Shown: positions 40,830 to 52,379 of the stretch, in pieces
Layout of the letters: each line of letters opens with the position of its first letter
Position numbering within the stretch: the stretch's first letter is position 1
NCBI RefSeq assembly: GCF_006345805.1
Contig: NC_043004.1
Location: 26,226,001-26,290,000, forward strand
Direction of reading: 5' to 3'
DNA length: 64,000 nt
DNA from: Octopus sinensis
Taxonomy: Eukaryota
The notes under the pieces: generated by a model
Databases searched by the model: none
Told to the model about the DNA's origin: nothing
The model's input: only the letters and a program-made list of their open reading frames with translations
Position numbers and translations under genes: made by a program

Positions 40830-41197
40830 TATACCACCAAAATATGACCTTTTTGAACTTATAATTTTATGTGTATATATATATAGATACTTCCAAACAA
40901 ACATGATTTTTAATGAAATCCTAATATTTTTAACGAACTTTTTAATATTGTCTCAAGATTTTTCCTGTAAACTCTTTTTAACATTTCTTATTATTATTAT
41001 CAAAGAATGTATATATGTATTGTAATATTTTGTGACAACCAGTACTTAACACAACAAAGCTTTTACATTTTATTTTTGACAATCTTTTTCTAAAAATGTG
41101 AAACCGGTCAAGTGAATAAACGTCTTTTAAAATTGCATTTTCAAACCTTCTTTCATATATATTTCCACTCGTGCGGTACCTTACAACTTCACTTTGT

Positions 41198-41229
<32 letters not shown>

Positions 41230-41397
41230 TGTCTTCACATCAAGATACACCATAACGCATATACGCATACAAGCATTTTATAAAAACTGTGTGGTATATA
41301 GAATATTAAAATTGTACAATAAATTAATATAACATAATTAAATGTAATATAAAATAAATATATAAATTTAAATTTTAAAATTTGAATATATAATAAG

Positions 41398-41436
<39 letters not shown>

Positions 41437-41649
41437 AAGTGGGGTAGAAAATAAACTCCGGCGAAACTTAAACTTAAATTTGTAAAATAGTCGAAGGCTT
41501 TCTTAAAAATCGGATGCAAAAATATAAAATGTGAAGTCGAAATATACACTAGCATTGTAATACAAAAATAACTATATACAAGGTGTAAAACCAAATTCAA
41601 ATGCGACAGTCAAAATTTTCCGAAAGTCAATAAAATTTTACCCATATGG

Positions 41650-41990
41650 TATTTTTTCGCTTGACATTCTAAACTTCGCATCGTGCCTGCAGGAATTTAA
41701 GCGCTTGCGTCTCTGGTTCACTTCATGTTTATCCTGGAACAGGATGAAGAACTTTTCTGAGAAGCAAAGATTACATTTCATAGGTCTTCTATAAGCTCCA
41801 TGTCTGTATGATGATGCTTTTTACCAAAATTGTTGAGCTGATATTGAAATGACGAGTGTCATTCTCCTTCAATTCCCAGTCATGTTTTGCAAGACTTGTT
41901 GCTGTCCTATTCTTGGGGTATCAGGAAAAAATAGCAACGTTGTTTCTGAATGTGGCTCCAATGTTAGTAGCGTGATACTCATCTCTATAA
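41650..41990 (-). mobile_element. Penelope-like GIY-YIG C-terminus remnant
   Basis: PKNRTATSLAKHDWELKEN...MKCNLCFSEKFFILF...RLNSCRH. Confidence 0.8.
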
Positions 41991-42021
41991 ATGATCATAT
42001 ATATATATATATATGTATATA

Positions 42022-42058
<37 letters not shown>

Positions 42059-42498
42059 CTGCGATTTTGACAACTGTTGTTATAGATTTTGACAACTGGT
42101 GTTATTATATGTACGCAAGAAAGAATACTAGAATCATTTTACCACTGATTAAGAAAGATATCTCATGTAGTTACTTGGCAATGTAATTCGTGAATAATAT
42201 CTCTTTCGAATTATCTTATCCAAGCAAGCAAGAAAAAGAAACATATATCTTACAGAAGGGTGAAAGATATTAAAAAAAAAAAAACTATATTTAAGCAGGC
42301 CCTGCTTTATTATATAATCTTTATCCTACAGAGTGGCTTCCAGTTAAATATACAACAAACATACAAATCTCATTTATGATGTTTGATTAAATGTACACAG
42401 AGAATAGATTGAATTATAAATAGTACCAAATTATCATTTTTTTTTTGTATTCTGACTTCATTTTCCTAGTTTATGAATGTTGTACTATTTAATGTTTG

Positions 42499-42640
<142 letters not shown>

Positions 42641-44033
42641 CTGTCTCTTTCTCTCTATCTATCCTTTCCCCATCTTTTATTATTTTTTCTCCTCTTTCTT
42701 GATTGTCCTGACCCCCCCCTCTCTCTGTCTATTACTCCTTCTTTTCTTTTCCTTCTCTCTTTCCCTCTTTTTCAAAAAAAAACAACAATATTCTCTTCTA
42801 AACAAAGCAAAAAAAATAAGACTCCTATTCATATAAATGAACAACAGGACGTTCTGTTTTTACCATTTTGATTTTGATTATATCTTGACGAGTTCGAAAA
42901 ACGAACGAAAGTGCTAATAAAGAATTATCCAGAATTCTGACTGTCTCTTTTTTTCTCAATATACAATATCTGTACACTACTTCAAACACTATACGCATTC
43001 CCGTTTACTCTGCTTTCGTCTACCTTTTCTCCTTGTATTCCTTCTTTTCAACCCTTGTAATGCACATCATTTTGCTTACTTTATTGTAAAAAATATTCTT
43101 TGATTATTCTGGTGCCAATCTGAACCTTATCTCCACTTTTACTCTATATTTTTCGCCACTCTTCCTCTCTCTGTCTTCCTTTCTTTTTCGTTCTCTTTCT
43201 CACTGTTTCCCCCTCTTTCCTCTTACTCTATCTTTTTCCATCCTTTATCTTTCTCTCTTTCTCCACCCTTACCCTCTCTTTCCGCCCTCTCTTCCTCCCT
43301 TGCACCATTCCCTTCTCTCTCTTTCTTACTCTGCTCCTTCGTTCTCTCTCTCTATCATCCCCCCTTTCTACCGCTGCTTCTTCGTTCTCTCTCGCTCTCT
43401 CTTTCACCCCTCTTTCCCTCTCTCAACACTTCCTCTTCCATACTACGTGACCGGTGCCCGGAAAAGTGGTGTCGTTCTTTTTCGCCCTACCTTTAACCAG
43501 ACTGGTCATGCACTTGCTACGTCCGTTCTGTCCCCGAGGACTTACACTATTTTCTCTTTGTGCACCCCCACTCTGTACTTTCGACAGCTGCAAAGCTCTT
43601 TCTGATGTATTTGTGGTATATGTATAATTATTACTATTTTTTTCTTCCTTTGTATATAGCCGTAAGGCTTCGTGCTGTTATATATATATATGCATAATTC
43701 GTTGTCTGTTGTATCTATATGTCTTGTTTGTTTCTGTCTTAGCACACATTCGATAGCTTTTTCCCTGTAGCTTAACAAAAATACTGGCGCCTGCAAAATT
43801 GTGCAATATCAAAGGTTATTGGCATGAAACCGCTACGACATTTTGCGTCTTTGACTGAAGAGGAAAACTCAGCTGCGAATAATACGTGTATCATGTTGTT
43901 GTTTAGTTTCCATCCGTTTAGTTTTCGTCTACTTTCCCGTTTATTTTGCTTTCAACTAACTTTTCTCCTTGTTGTATTCTTTCTGCTCAACCCTTGATAC
44001 ATCCTTGTAGCGTAATGCACATCGCTTGTTTAC

Positions 44034-44099
<66 letters not shown>

Positions 44100-45134
44100 C
44101 ATATATATATACGCATATACAAAGAAAGATAAAGAGAAAGAGAAAGTGAGTGAGAGAGAGAGACAAAAGAAAGGTATCAATTAGACGAAAACCTGAAGAC
44201 GTTACATAACTTGATCTTTTCGAACAGTAAGAGGAACTATTTCATCACATTGGTTTGTACATATAAATTTATGTAAATTCATATAATAATTAATTGATTT
44301 ATGAAACAATCTGATTCCCACCATTCTGTTAGAGGATCTTTTCTGTTTGGCTGCCACTTTTCAATTTCTTCAATTTTGTTCCAATTTATTTCCTATTTGG
44401 CGTTTTGCTGAAGTTTTGTAAAGTAATGATTGACACGAAATTCATTTTCGCTATAAATCAATAAATAAAGAGTTAATTTTGAGTAACTTTAGCTAATCGA
44501 ACGCCACAGGCATATAGGTGTCTATTTCCATAATAACAAACTAAGGTGGTAACAAGCTGCTTACAACGTGTCCTTTTTGTCGCTTATTAAATGCGTAAAA
44601 CACATGCGGTAGAAGATGTACTGAAAATAAACTAAATAGGCTTAAATCACGCACGAAAATCTTTTTCTTATTTTTGCATAATCGTATATATTCCCGTGTG
44701 TAGAATACAAATTCGAAAAAAATTTCTGAAAATTCCTAAAAATAAAAAAAGTTATGACGGGTTTATATGACGTGGGTGAAGCAGACTTTCAACAGTATCT
44801 CATTTGTTTACAGTTGACAAAATGACAACTCAAACTTTAAACCTCTGTAACTTTTTTATAAACATTTTTCTTGAAAAAGTGTATTATCTTCTGAGATTCA
44901 GCGTGGAAAATTACATCAATACACCAAATTCTTAAAATTTTAAACTTTAAAATTTCCACAGGCGCAGCCAAACAGAACAGATCCCTATCAAACATCTTTA
45001 TTCGCTTTCCCTCTTCTAAACCTACCATTTTCTTGAACTCGGTACACATAATTTTTAATTACCTCATCTATTCTGACTGGAATTACATTAAATTACTGAA
45101 AGAAGCCTGTCGTGTATATATATATATATATATA

Positions 45135-45440
45135 TCACGTGATCACGTGACCGACCAGACCATCAGATGTTGCTACACATCGCTGGTCACAATGCGTTCG
45201 CATTGTTTTAGCCTTCGAATGACGCCACCCCACTGGCTAAGCGAGCATGCCAACAGAAGAAAGAGTGAGAGAAAGAGTGGTGAAAGAGTAAAGCAGGGAT
45301 CAGCACCCCCTGCCGGAGCCTCGTGGCGCTTTTAGGAGTTTTCGCTCAATAAACACTCAAAATGCCCGGTCTGGGAATCGAAACTGCGATCCTACGACCG
45401 CGCGTCCGCTGCCCTAACCACTGGGTCCTAATCATTGGGC
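45135..45440 (-). mobile_element. tRNA-derived SINE (22826 family)
   Basis: Collinear with 22826-23126; part of the head is duplicated at 45428-45450. Confidence 0.9.
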
Positions 45441-45451
45441 CATTGAGCGAC

Positions 45452-45640
45452 AACACCCCCGGCATGGAGTGGTGATCCCTGCTGTACTCTTTCACCACTC
45501 TTTCTCTCACTCTTTCTTCTGTTGGCCTGCTCGCTTAGCCAGCGGGGTGGCGTCATTCGAAGGCTAAAACAATGCGAACGCATTGTGACCAGCGATGTGT
45601 AGCAACATTTGATGGTCTGGTCGGTCACGTGATTACGTGA
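45452..45640 (+). mobile_element. Headless 3' half of the same SINE, inverted
   Basis: Reverse complement of 45135-45316 with about 8 mismatches. Confidence 0.9.
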
Positions 45641-45644
45641 GTCG

Positions 45645-45820
45645 CCATGATAGATCGTTAGCCACTACACACATTTTTTTCTCTCCTTTTTTACTCTCAT
45701 TGTTTCGGTCCTTGTTTTTTCTGTGTCCCTTTCTGTAGAAGAGCGTAGGCTCGAAACGTAAATTCTTGAGCGTTATACTAATACATCTGTTTGTTTTGTA
45801 CACCACCTGTCTTCGTCTTG
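45645..45820 (+). mobile_element. Short element with hammerhead-like motif (CTGTAGA variant)
   Basis: TTT CTGTAGA A GAGC-GTAG-GCTC GAA ACGT A AA at 45730-45762. Confidence 0.55.
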
Positions 45821-45989
45821 TTTATATATATATATATATATATGCATATATTTATGTGTGTATTTGTGTCTGTGTTTGTCCCTCCACCATCGCTTGAGTT
45901 GTTACATGAGTATAGAGAGTCTGTTAAATACACAAAATGAGGCGTTTACTATCCATAGATTCTTCAAAACGTTCCAATTTTACCACGAA

Positions 45990-46270
45990 ACTAAATGTAG
46001 TGCTTCAAACCTCTCAACACAAGTCTCATTCACATAAAATGAATGTACATCTTACTCTGACTTAATTTGATTCAACTAAATTTAACTTTTGTCACAAATC
46101 TAAATGTAGTACATTGATTCTGTCAACACAAGTCTCACCCACATAAAGTAGATGTACCTCTTACACCTATATAATTTAACTTATGTCACAAACCTATATG
46201 CAATCCTTTGAATTTCCATAAAAGTCTCACCCACATAAAATAGATGCACCGCTTACGCCTGCTTAATTTA
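45990..46270. repeat. Degenerate tandem repeat of about 100 bp, 3 units
   Basis: aagtctcayycacataaa.tagatgtac recurs at about 46021, 46130 and 46222. Confidence 0.75.
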
Positions 46271-46589
46271 TACACACACACACATACACACACGCACACA
46301 CACACTCACACCATTCTGACCTCTGAAACCAATTCCCATATGCATGTGTATGTATATGCGTGTGTATGTGTGTGCATATGTTCATTGAGAGTAACCTAGA
46401 AGTTTCTTCATTTATTCAAATTGGTTAATGATCAACATACCAGGCAAAACTTCGAACTCACTGTGAATGAAAATATAAATATTAAATTGCACACTTCTAC
46501 TGAATTCATTATTCAGTTAATATTAGTTGTTTTTACTATAAAACTTTTAAGTATTTGTGTGTACGTATATGTACACACAAGCACACACG

Positions 46590-46636
<47 letters not shown>

Positions 46637-46729
46637 TCATTCACTCATATAGATGAATTTGTAACCCTTTCAGTTCAGTGAATTAAATTCTGTTACCAAA
46701 TGTAAAAGAAGAAAATAATGTCGACTTAC

Positions 46730-46804
46730 CCCATAAGGATATGTGAATGCCGTTCGGAACGCAAAAGAAACCCACAGTAAATATAACCCACTAAGTTTCG
46801 TCAT
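46730..46804 (-). CDS. First coding exon (signal peptide) of the putative astacin-like gene; exon spans 46730-46829
   Basis: Acceptor attatttccactgacag; in-frame upstream stops; ATG at 46804 with A at -3; MTKLSGLYLLWVSFAFRTAFTYPYG; donor GGG|GTAAGT, phase 0. Confidence 0.65.
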
Positions 46805-47243
46805 TGTGCTTGATGTTCATCGATGTTACCTGTCAGTGGAAATAATTAATATATAATAGGTAACACTGGAAATATAAAATTTTTTTATCCATCGAGATGG
46901 TGTAAAGCCCTCCGTTATTGTTTATTATTAGAACGAATACGTGTCGGACGATATGCTTAGCGGCTCAAATCACGCCGAGGTCAAATTTGCTTTTCATCTA
47001 TTCGAAGTTAATAAATACACATATACGCACACACATACGCACACACATACGCACACACATACGCACACACACACACGTACAACACACGCGCACACACACA
47101 CACACGGGAGCGATGACCTCTCTTGCAAATGCTATAGGGACGCAAACAGTGTGTCGATAGCCAGCTGGAAAAGATGTTTTCACAGGGCTAAAACAACAGT
47201 AACATCGTCCTTAATAGGACTGCGACATTCTGCTGGCATATAA

Positions 47244-47280
<37 letters not shown>

Positions 47281-47302
47281 ATATATATTATATATATATA
47301 TA

Positions 47303-47349
<47 letters not shown>

Positions 47350-47419
47350 TATATATAATATATATATATATATGCATATATGTATATGTATGTGTATATA
47401 TATATGTGCATATATATAT

Positions 47420-48500
47420 AATATATAAATTAGAAATAAAACCACTATTATGCAATTCAAACAATGATAGACATAAATCAAAACATAAATAACAAATAAC
47501 ATATATTTTTATAAAACCATATAACTAGATCACAAAAAGTATAAAAATGAATAATCTATATATAATAAGTAAAAAACTACGTACGTTTCATGGCTATAAT
47601 TAATTTAAAATTATAGTCAATCTTCAGGTTAACAATAATAGTTAAATAAATAAACAGAGTTAAACAATATTTATTAATAAAATAAATAAAATAATAATTT
47701 TTCTTATAGAAGAAACTCCATTAACTAAATTTGAAACTTAAAACGTAGGTATCAGTTTCCTACAATACATTTATTATGTTAAATATTTAAGGTAAAAAGT
47801 AAAGTAAATAGATAGAAAAATGTATTTATCTGTAAAGATATAATGTAGCTTAAAAAAACATTAATAAACTATAGAATATCTTTAATATAGTTATAATCTA
47901 ATATTTAATTACCAAACTATTTAACAAAACAATCACTATTAATATTTTTAAATTTTAGTTCGAATATAATAATTATAAACTAATAAATAAATAAAAATAC
48001 GTATATAAATTATAATCAACAAATATAGTAATTAAAAATCTATATTTTTTTCTATCTTATTGATAGAAAAAAATATATAAACATATAAACATATAACCAA
48101 TAAATAAATTAGTCCATTATTACTTACATAAATATTATAGATATCCTTAGAAAATATTTATGAAATACAAATTAAGAATTGAAAAATTCCAAATTAAAAA
48201 CGTATAACTTATCTTTATAAAGTAGTTATTATTACTATTATTAAAAACATTTTTACGATCTAGATCGCAAAGTGACTGACTAATATCTTAAAATTTACAT
48301 TCAGATATAATAATTATAAACTAATAATAATTAAATAAATGTACATATCTAATTATCATTAACAAATAAAAAAATTATAAATTCATACTTAACAATCAAT
48401 AGTTATATAGAGTAGAATAATATTTCTGAAATAAAAAAAGTTTACTTATCTCTCAAAAAGAGTATCATTAACTAAAGAATTTCAAAACGGAAAAGGTATG
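47420..48500 (-). mobile_element. AT-rich PLE pseudo-LTR-like tract
   Basis: Same layout as 2100-3200 (AT-rich tract, hammerhead, about 150 bp, microsatellite); internal partial duplication 47950/48295. Confidence 0.55.
47575..47630 (-). ncRNA. Type I hammerhead ribozyme motif
   Basis: AAC CTGAAGA T TGACTATAAT-loop-ATTATAGCCA T GAA ACGTACGT A GTT. Confidence 0.7.
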
Positions 48501-48613
48501 TATATATGTATGTGTATATATAAGTATATATGTATGTGCATTTATATATATTATGTGTATATATATATATATATACACCAACACACACACACAAACACAA
48601 AAACACACCACAC

Positions 48614-48651
<38 letters not shown>

Positions 48652-48653
<2 letters not shown>

Positions 48654-48929
48654 CCGTGACCGACCGGGCTATCAGATGTTGCTACACATCGCTGGCCACA
48701 ATCCGATTCGCATTGTTTCAGCCTCCAAATGGCGAGCAGGCCAACAGAAGAAGAAAGAGTGAGAGAAAGTTGTGACAAAAGAGTACAGCAGGGATCGCCA
48801 CCGCCCCCAGCCTCGTGGAGCTTTATGTGTTTTCGCTCAATAAACACTCACGACGCCCGGTCTGGAAATCGAAACTGCGATCCTACAACCGCGAGCCCAC
48901 TGCCCTAACCACTGGGCCATTGAGCGCCT

Positions 48930-48933
<4 letters not shown>
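48652..48933 (-). mobile_element. tRNA-derived SINE (22826 family) between (TA)n and (CA)n
   Basis: Collinear with 22826-23126 apart from small deletions. Confidence 0.9.
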
Positions 48934-49020
<87 letters not shown>

Positions 49021-49024
49021 ACAT

Positions 49025-49752
49025 TTAAACACGTAAGAGACATCCATCATAGGACTCCTTGCACGCTAGAGAGAGCAGTTAAATTACAAACCACTATTAG
49101 GGATAAAATTTCGAAGAGAATGAAAAATAAAAACATTTACCATCTAACTCCTGGACCAATGGCTTCAGACAATTTTTTAGCAAATAAAATAATTTGCTAG
49201 GCGAAGTCTTCTTCAGCATGTAGACATTAGATTAAATATATATACACTAGGCAATCCAGTATATGCCCCGTGCTTATATATTTTAATTTTTCAAATCTAC
49301 CGCGCAAGCGCAGCTCCTTGTCGGCAGTAAATGGATGCCTCTTATGTGTTTAAATGTTTATTGTATTTATATGAATAATATATAGTCTTTTCGAATTGAA
49401 AAGCCGGCATTTTCATTTACTGCCGACGAGGATAAGCGCTTGCGCGGTAGATTTGAAAAATTAGAATGTATAAGTACGGGGCATATACTGGATTGCCTCA
49501 TGTATAATATATTTAATCTAAGGTGTACCTGCTGAAGAAGTCTTTGCCTAGCAAATTATTTTCATTTGCTAAAAAAAGTCTGAAACTATTGGTCCAAGAG
49601 TTAGATGATAAATGTTATTTTTTATTCCCTTCGAAATTTTATCCCTAATAGTGGTTTGAAATTTAACTGTTCTCTTTAGCATGCTAGGAGTCCTATGATG
49701 GATGCTTCTGATGGTTTAAATGTACTGTATTTATATGAATAATATATAGTCT
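49025..49752. repeat. Inverted repeat (about 300-bp arms) with partial tandem copy; each arm carries a hammerhead motif
   Basis: 49025-49333 is the reverse complement of 49426-49720; 49334-49390 recurs at 49701-49752; motifs at 49150-49220 (-) and 49528-49598 (+). Confidence 0.85.
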
Positions 49753-49854
49753 ATTGACTAAATTTTTACACGCTAGGCCACTGGTAATAGAAATTTCTAA
49801 AATTTCTGATTACCTTTTGATATTATTAATATATACTATATAATATATATATAT

Positions 49855-49887
<33 letters not shown>

Positions 49888-49949
49888 GTGTGGGTGTTGT
49901 GTGTGTGTGTGGGTGTGTGTGTGTTGTGGTGTGTGTGTGTGTGTGTGGT

Positions 49950-50128
49950 GTGCGTGTGTATTCGATGTTGGTGTGTGTTACGTAACTTAACGGTTCGGCA
50001 AAAAGAGACCAATAGAATAAGTAACAGGCTTACAGAGAATATGTAATGGGGTCTATTTGTTCGACTAAAGGCGGTGCTCCAGCATGGCCGCAGTCAAATG
50101 ACTGAAACAAATAAAAGAATAAATAAAT
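49950..50128 (+). mobile_element. 3' part of a SINE (60911 family)
   Basis: CGACTAAAGGCGGTGCTCCAGCATGGCCGCAGTCAAATGACTGAAACAA shared with 61030-61080. Confidence 0.8.
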
Positions 50129-51510
50129 ATGTGCTACATATCGCCCTCCAGATGCTCCAAGTCATGTAGGCAAGTTTGAAGACTGCCTTATAAAAATAGA
50201 AGTTCTAGTCACATTAGAACAACACATAAGTGTACTTCTTATGGGAGACTTCAATTTGCCCAATGTCAGATGGCCCGAGGGCGTTTCTCTCCCAGGAATG
50301 ACACGATGCGAACGAGGACAGGCGAGGTCCCTCCTGAACCTCATCAACACTCTGTACATTGAGCAAATAATACTCCAACCAACCAGGGCAGGTAACATAC
50401 TGAATCTCTGCTTCACAAATAATATGGATCTCATCCATAATGTGAAAGTGACACCGATACTACTCTCGGATCACAACATGGTAGAGCTGACCATGTACGG
50501 GCCAAAGGAAAGCATGGACATGCAGTCTACAAGAAACTCTCCGAAACTTTCCAGCTTGAACTTCCATAAGGCAAACTGGAAACAAATTGAGAAAGAGATC
50601 CTCAAACAAAACTGGCCTAAATGTCTCTCCTCGCCAGACATCGACACGAAACTTCAACAATTCATGTCTGTAATGCCAGCCATATGCTACAAATATGTCC
50701 CAGAGAGAAATGCCACTGTACGCAAGAACAAAATCCCCAGAGAGAGGAAAATTCTAATGAGACGGCGTACAAAAGTTTCAAATCACATAAACAAACAAAT
50801 TGAAAGCAGTGAAAAGTCCCGCCTGAAAATAAAACTGTTGGAAATTGAAAAATGTCTGCAACTCTCCCATGAAAAAGAAGCAGGCAAAGAAGCCTGGGCT
50901 ATAGACAACATAAAATCTAACCCCAGAGCTTTCTACAGGTATGCCAAAGAAGCAGCTACGGTGCACTGTAGGATAGCGCCACTCCTTGAAAATGATGGCA
51001 CACTCACAGGAAATCCAATGAGGATAAGTGAAATACTAAATGAGCAATTCAAGAGTATTTTCACTCTACCCCTAGGGCATTTTCAAGTCAGCAATCCAAC
51101 TGACTTCTTTACCACTGCAGATATAAAATCAGAGGCAGCGATGATTGATTACATCAATATAAAGGAAGACGATGTAATAAAGGCTATAGATGAAATGAAA
51201 ACAAACTCAGCTACTGGCCCCGATGGATTCCCAGCAATCCTTCTAAAAGTATGTCAGAGAGTCCTAGCAAGACCACTGCAGTTCCCCTTTCGGAGCTTCC
51301 TTGCAACTGGCAAACTTCCAAGAAAACTGAAGGAAGGTAAAAAATCCCCTATTCATAAAGGAGGTAGCAGAGTGGAGGCCAAGAACCTACAGGCCTATCT
51401 CTCTGACCTCACACATCAGCAAGGTCATGGAACGAATAGTCAGAAGGAAACTAATCACCTTCCTTGAAGAAAATGACTTGCTGCCTGACACTCAACATGG
51501 TTTCCGACCA
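50129..51510 (+). mobile_element. CR1/Jockey-group LINE ORF2 fragment (408-aa ORF 50241-51467)
   Basis: YRPP, MGDFNLPNVRW, NILNLCFTNN, LLSDHNMV, GPDGFPAILLK; frameshift in NYRPISL; ends at TQHGFRP. Confidence 0.9.
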
Positions 51511-52072
51511 TTTATGTAAATAAGGACACCGAGATGGTGTCGGCCCTTCTGGTGACGTCGATGATCGCCTGGGGCTAAATGCATCAGTAACACCCCCACC
51601 ACCCTGCCCTGTCCCTAGCCACATTCAGATGGCTGATCCCCCTTATGTGATAGAGCAGTTACTGTTTATATCTCGCTCAGAGATTTATTAATGTTTATAT
51701 GATAATCTGGTAAATGTTGTATATTCTATTAAATGGAATAGTAAAAATATGCAAAACTTTCTTGAAGCATGATTAGCAACACTTATTGTTGCTGTTATCC
51801 AAATTGCAGCAGAACTTTTCTTTCTTTCTGAGAAGCCAGTAACCTTATTCTAGAACGAATTCTAATTAAATAAAATAAAAGAATGAAAATGACACACACA
51901 TACATACACACATGCATACGCTTACTCTCTCTCACTCTCTCCCTTTCTCTCTCTACTTTCCATTTTTTTCTCTCGTTGTTTACATATTTAACTCGTTTGT
52001 CTATGTACCTCATGTTTTTAACGCAGTTGGTGACATCCTGTACCCATATATGCGCACATATATATATATATA

Positions 52073-52114
<42 letters not shown>

Positions 52115-52118
<4 letters not shown>

Positions 52119-52330
52119 TAATCCAAACAAGAAAACACAAAAAAACACACAACAATGCGATGACGTGGAACAAATATAGTATTATTGGACGCTCAGGAAA
52201 GAAGGAAAGAAGGAGGGTTTATTTAACGTTCGAGCGGAGCTCTTCGTCGGAAACATAGGAGAAGGAAAGATCCAGAGAAGGGAAGACAGAGGGAAAAAAT
52301 CGCCAACGGTACACACGAGGTCACATTTTG
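52115..52330 (-). mobile_element. About 215-bp hammerhead-like element in (TA)n, second copy
   Basis: Homologous to 7157-7368; motif at 52221-52254 has CCGACGA and has lost one A of GAAAC. Confidence 0.75.
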
Positions 52331-52379
52331 ATTATTATTATTATATATACATACACACATATTTATATATCCACATACA

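Noticed and set aside
39190-41115. Hammerheads at T-GAA-ACCGGT-C (about 39200 minus, 41100 plus)
   Set aside because: Only the 3' half is present; no CUGANGA upstream in either arm
43785-43841. Fourth U.U-class hammerhead
   Set aside because: T-GAA-ACCGCT-A and partial stems are visible but the core reads CTGCAAAA; at best a dead relic, so not counted
44502-45114. CAC...GTG TIR element
   Set aside because: The apparent right TIR (gaagcctgtcgtg) is better explained as SINE body and the left match is only 8 of 10; 44460-45090 remains an unclassified repeat-like tract
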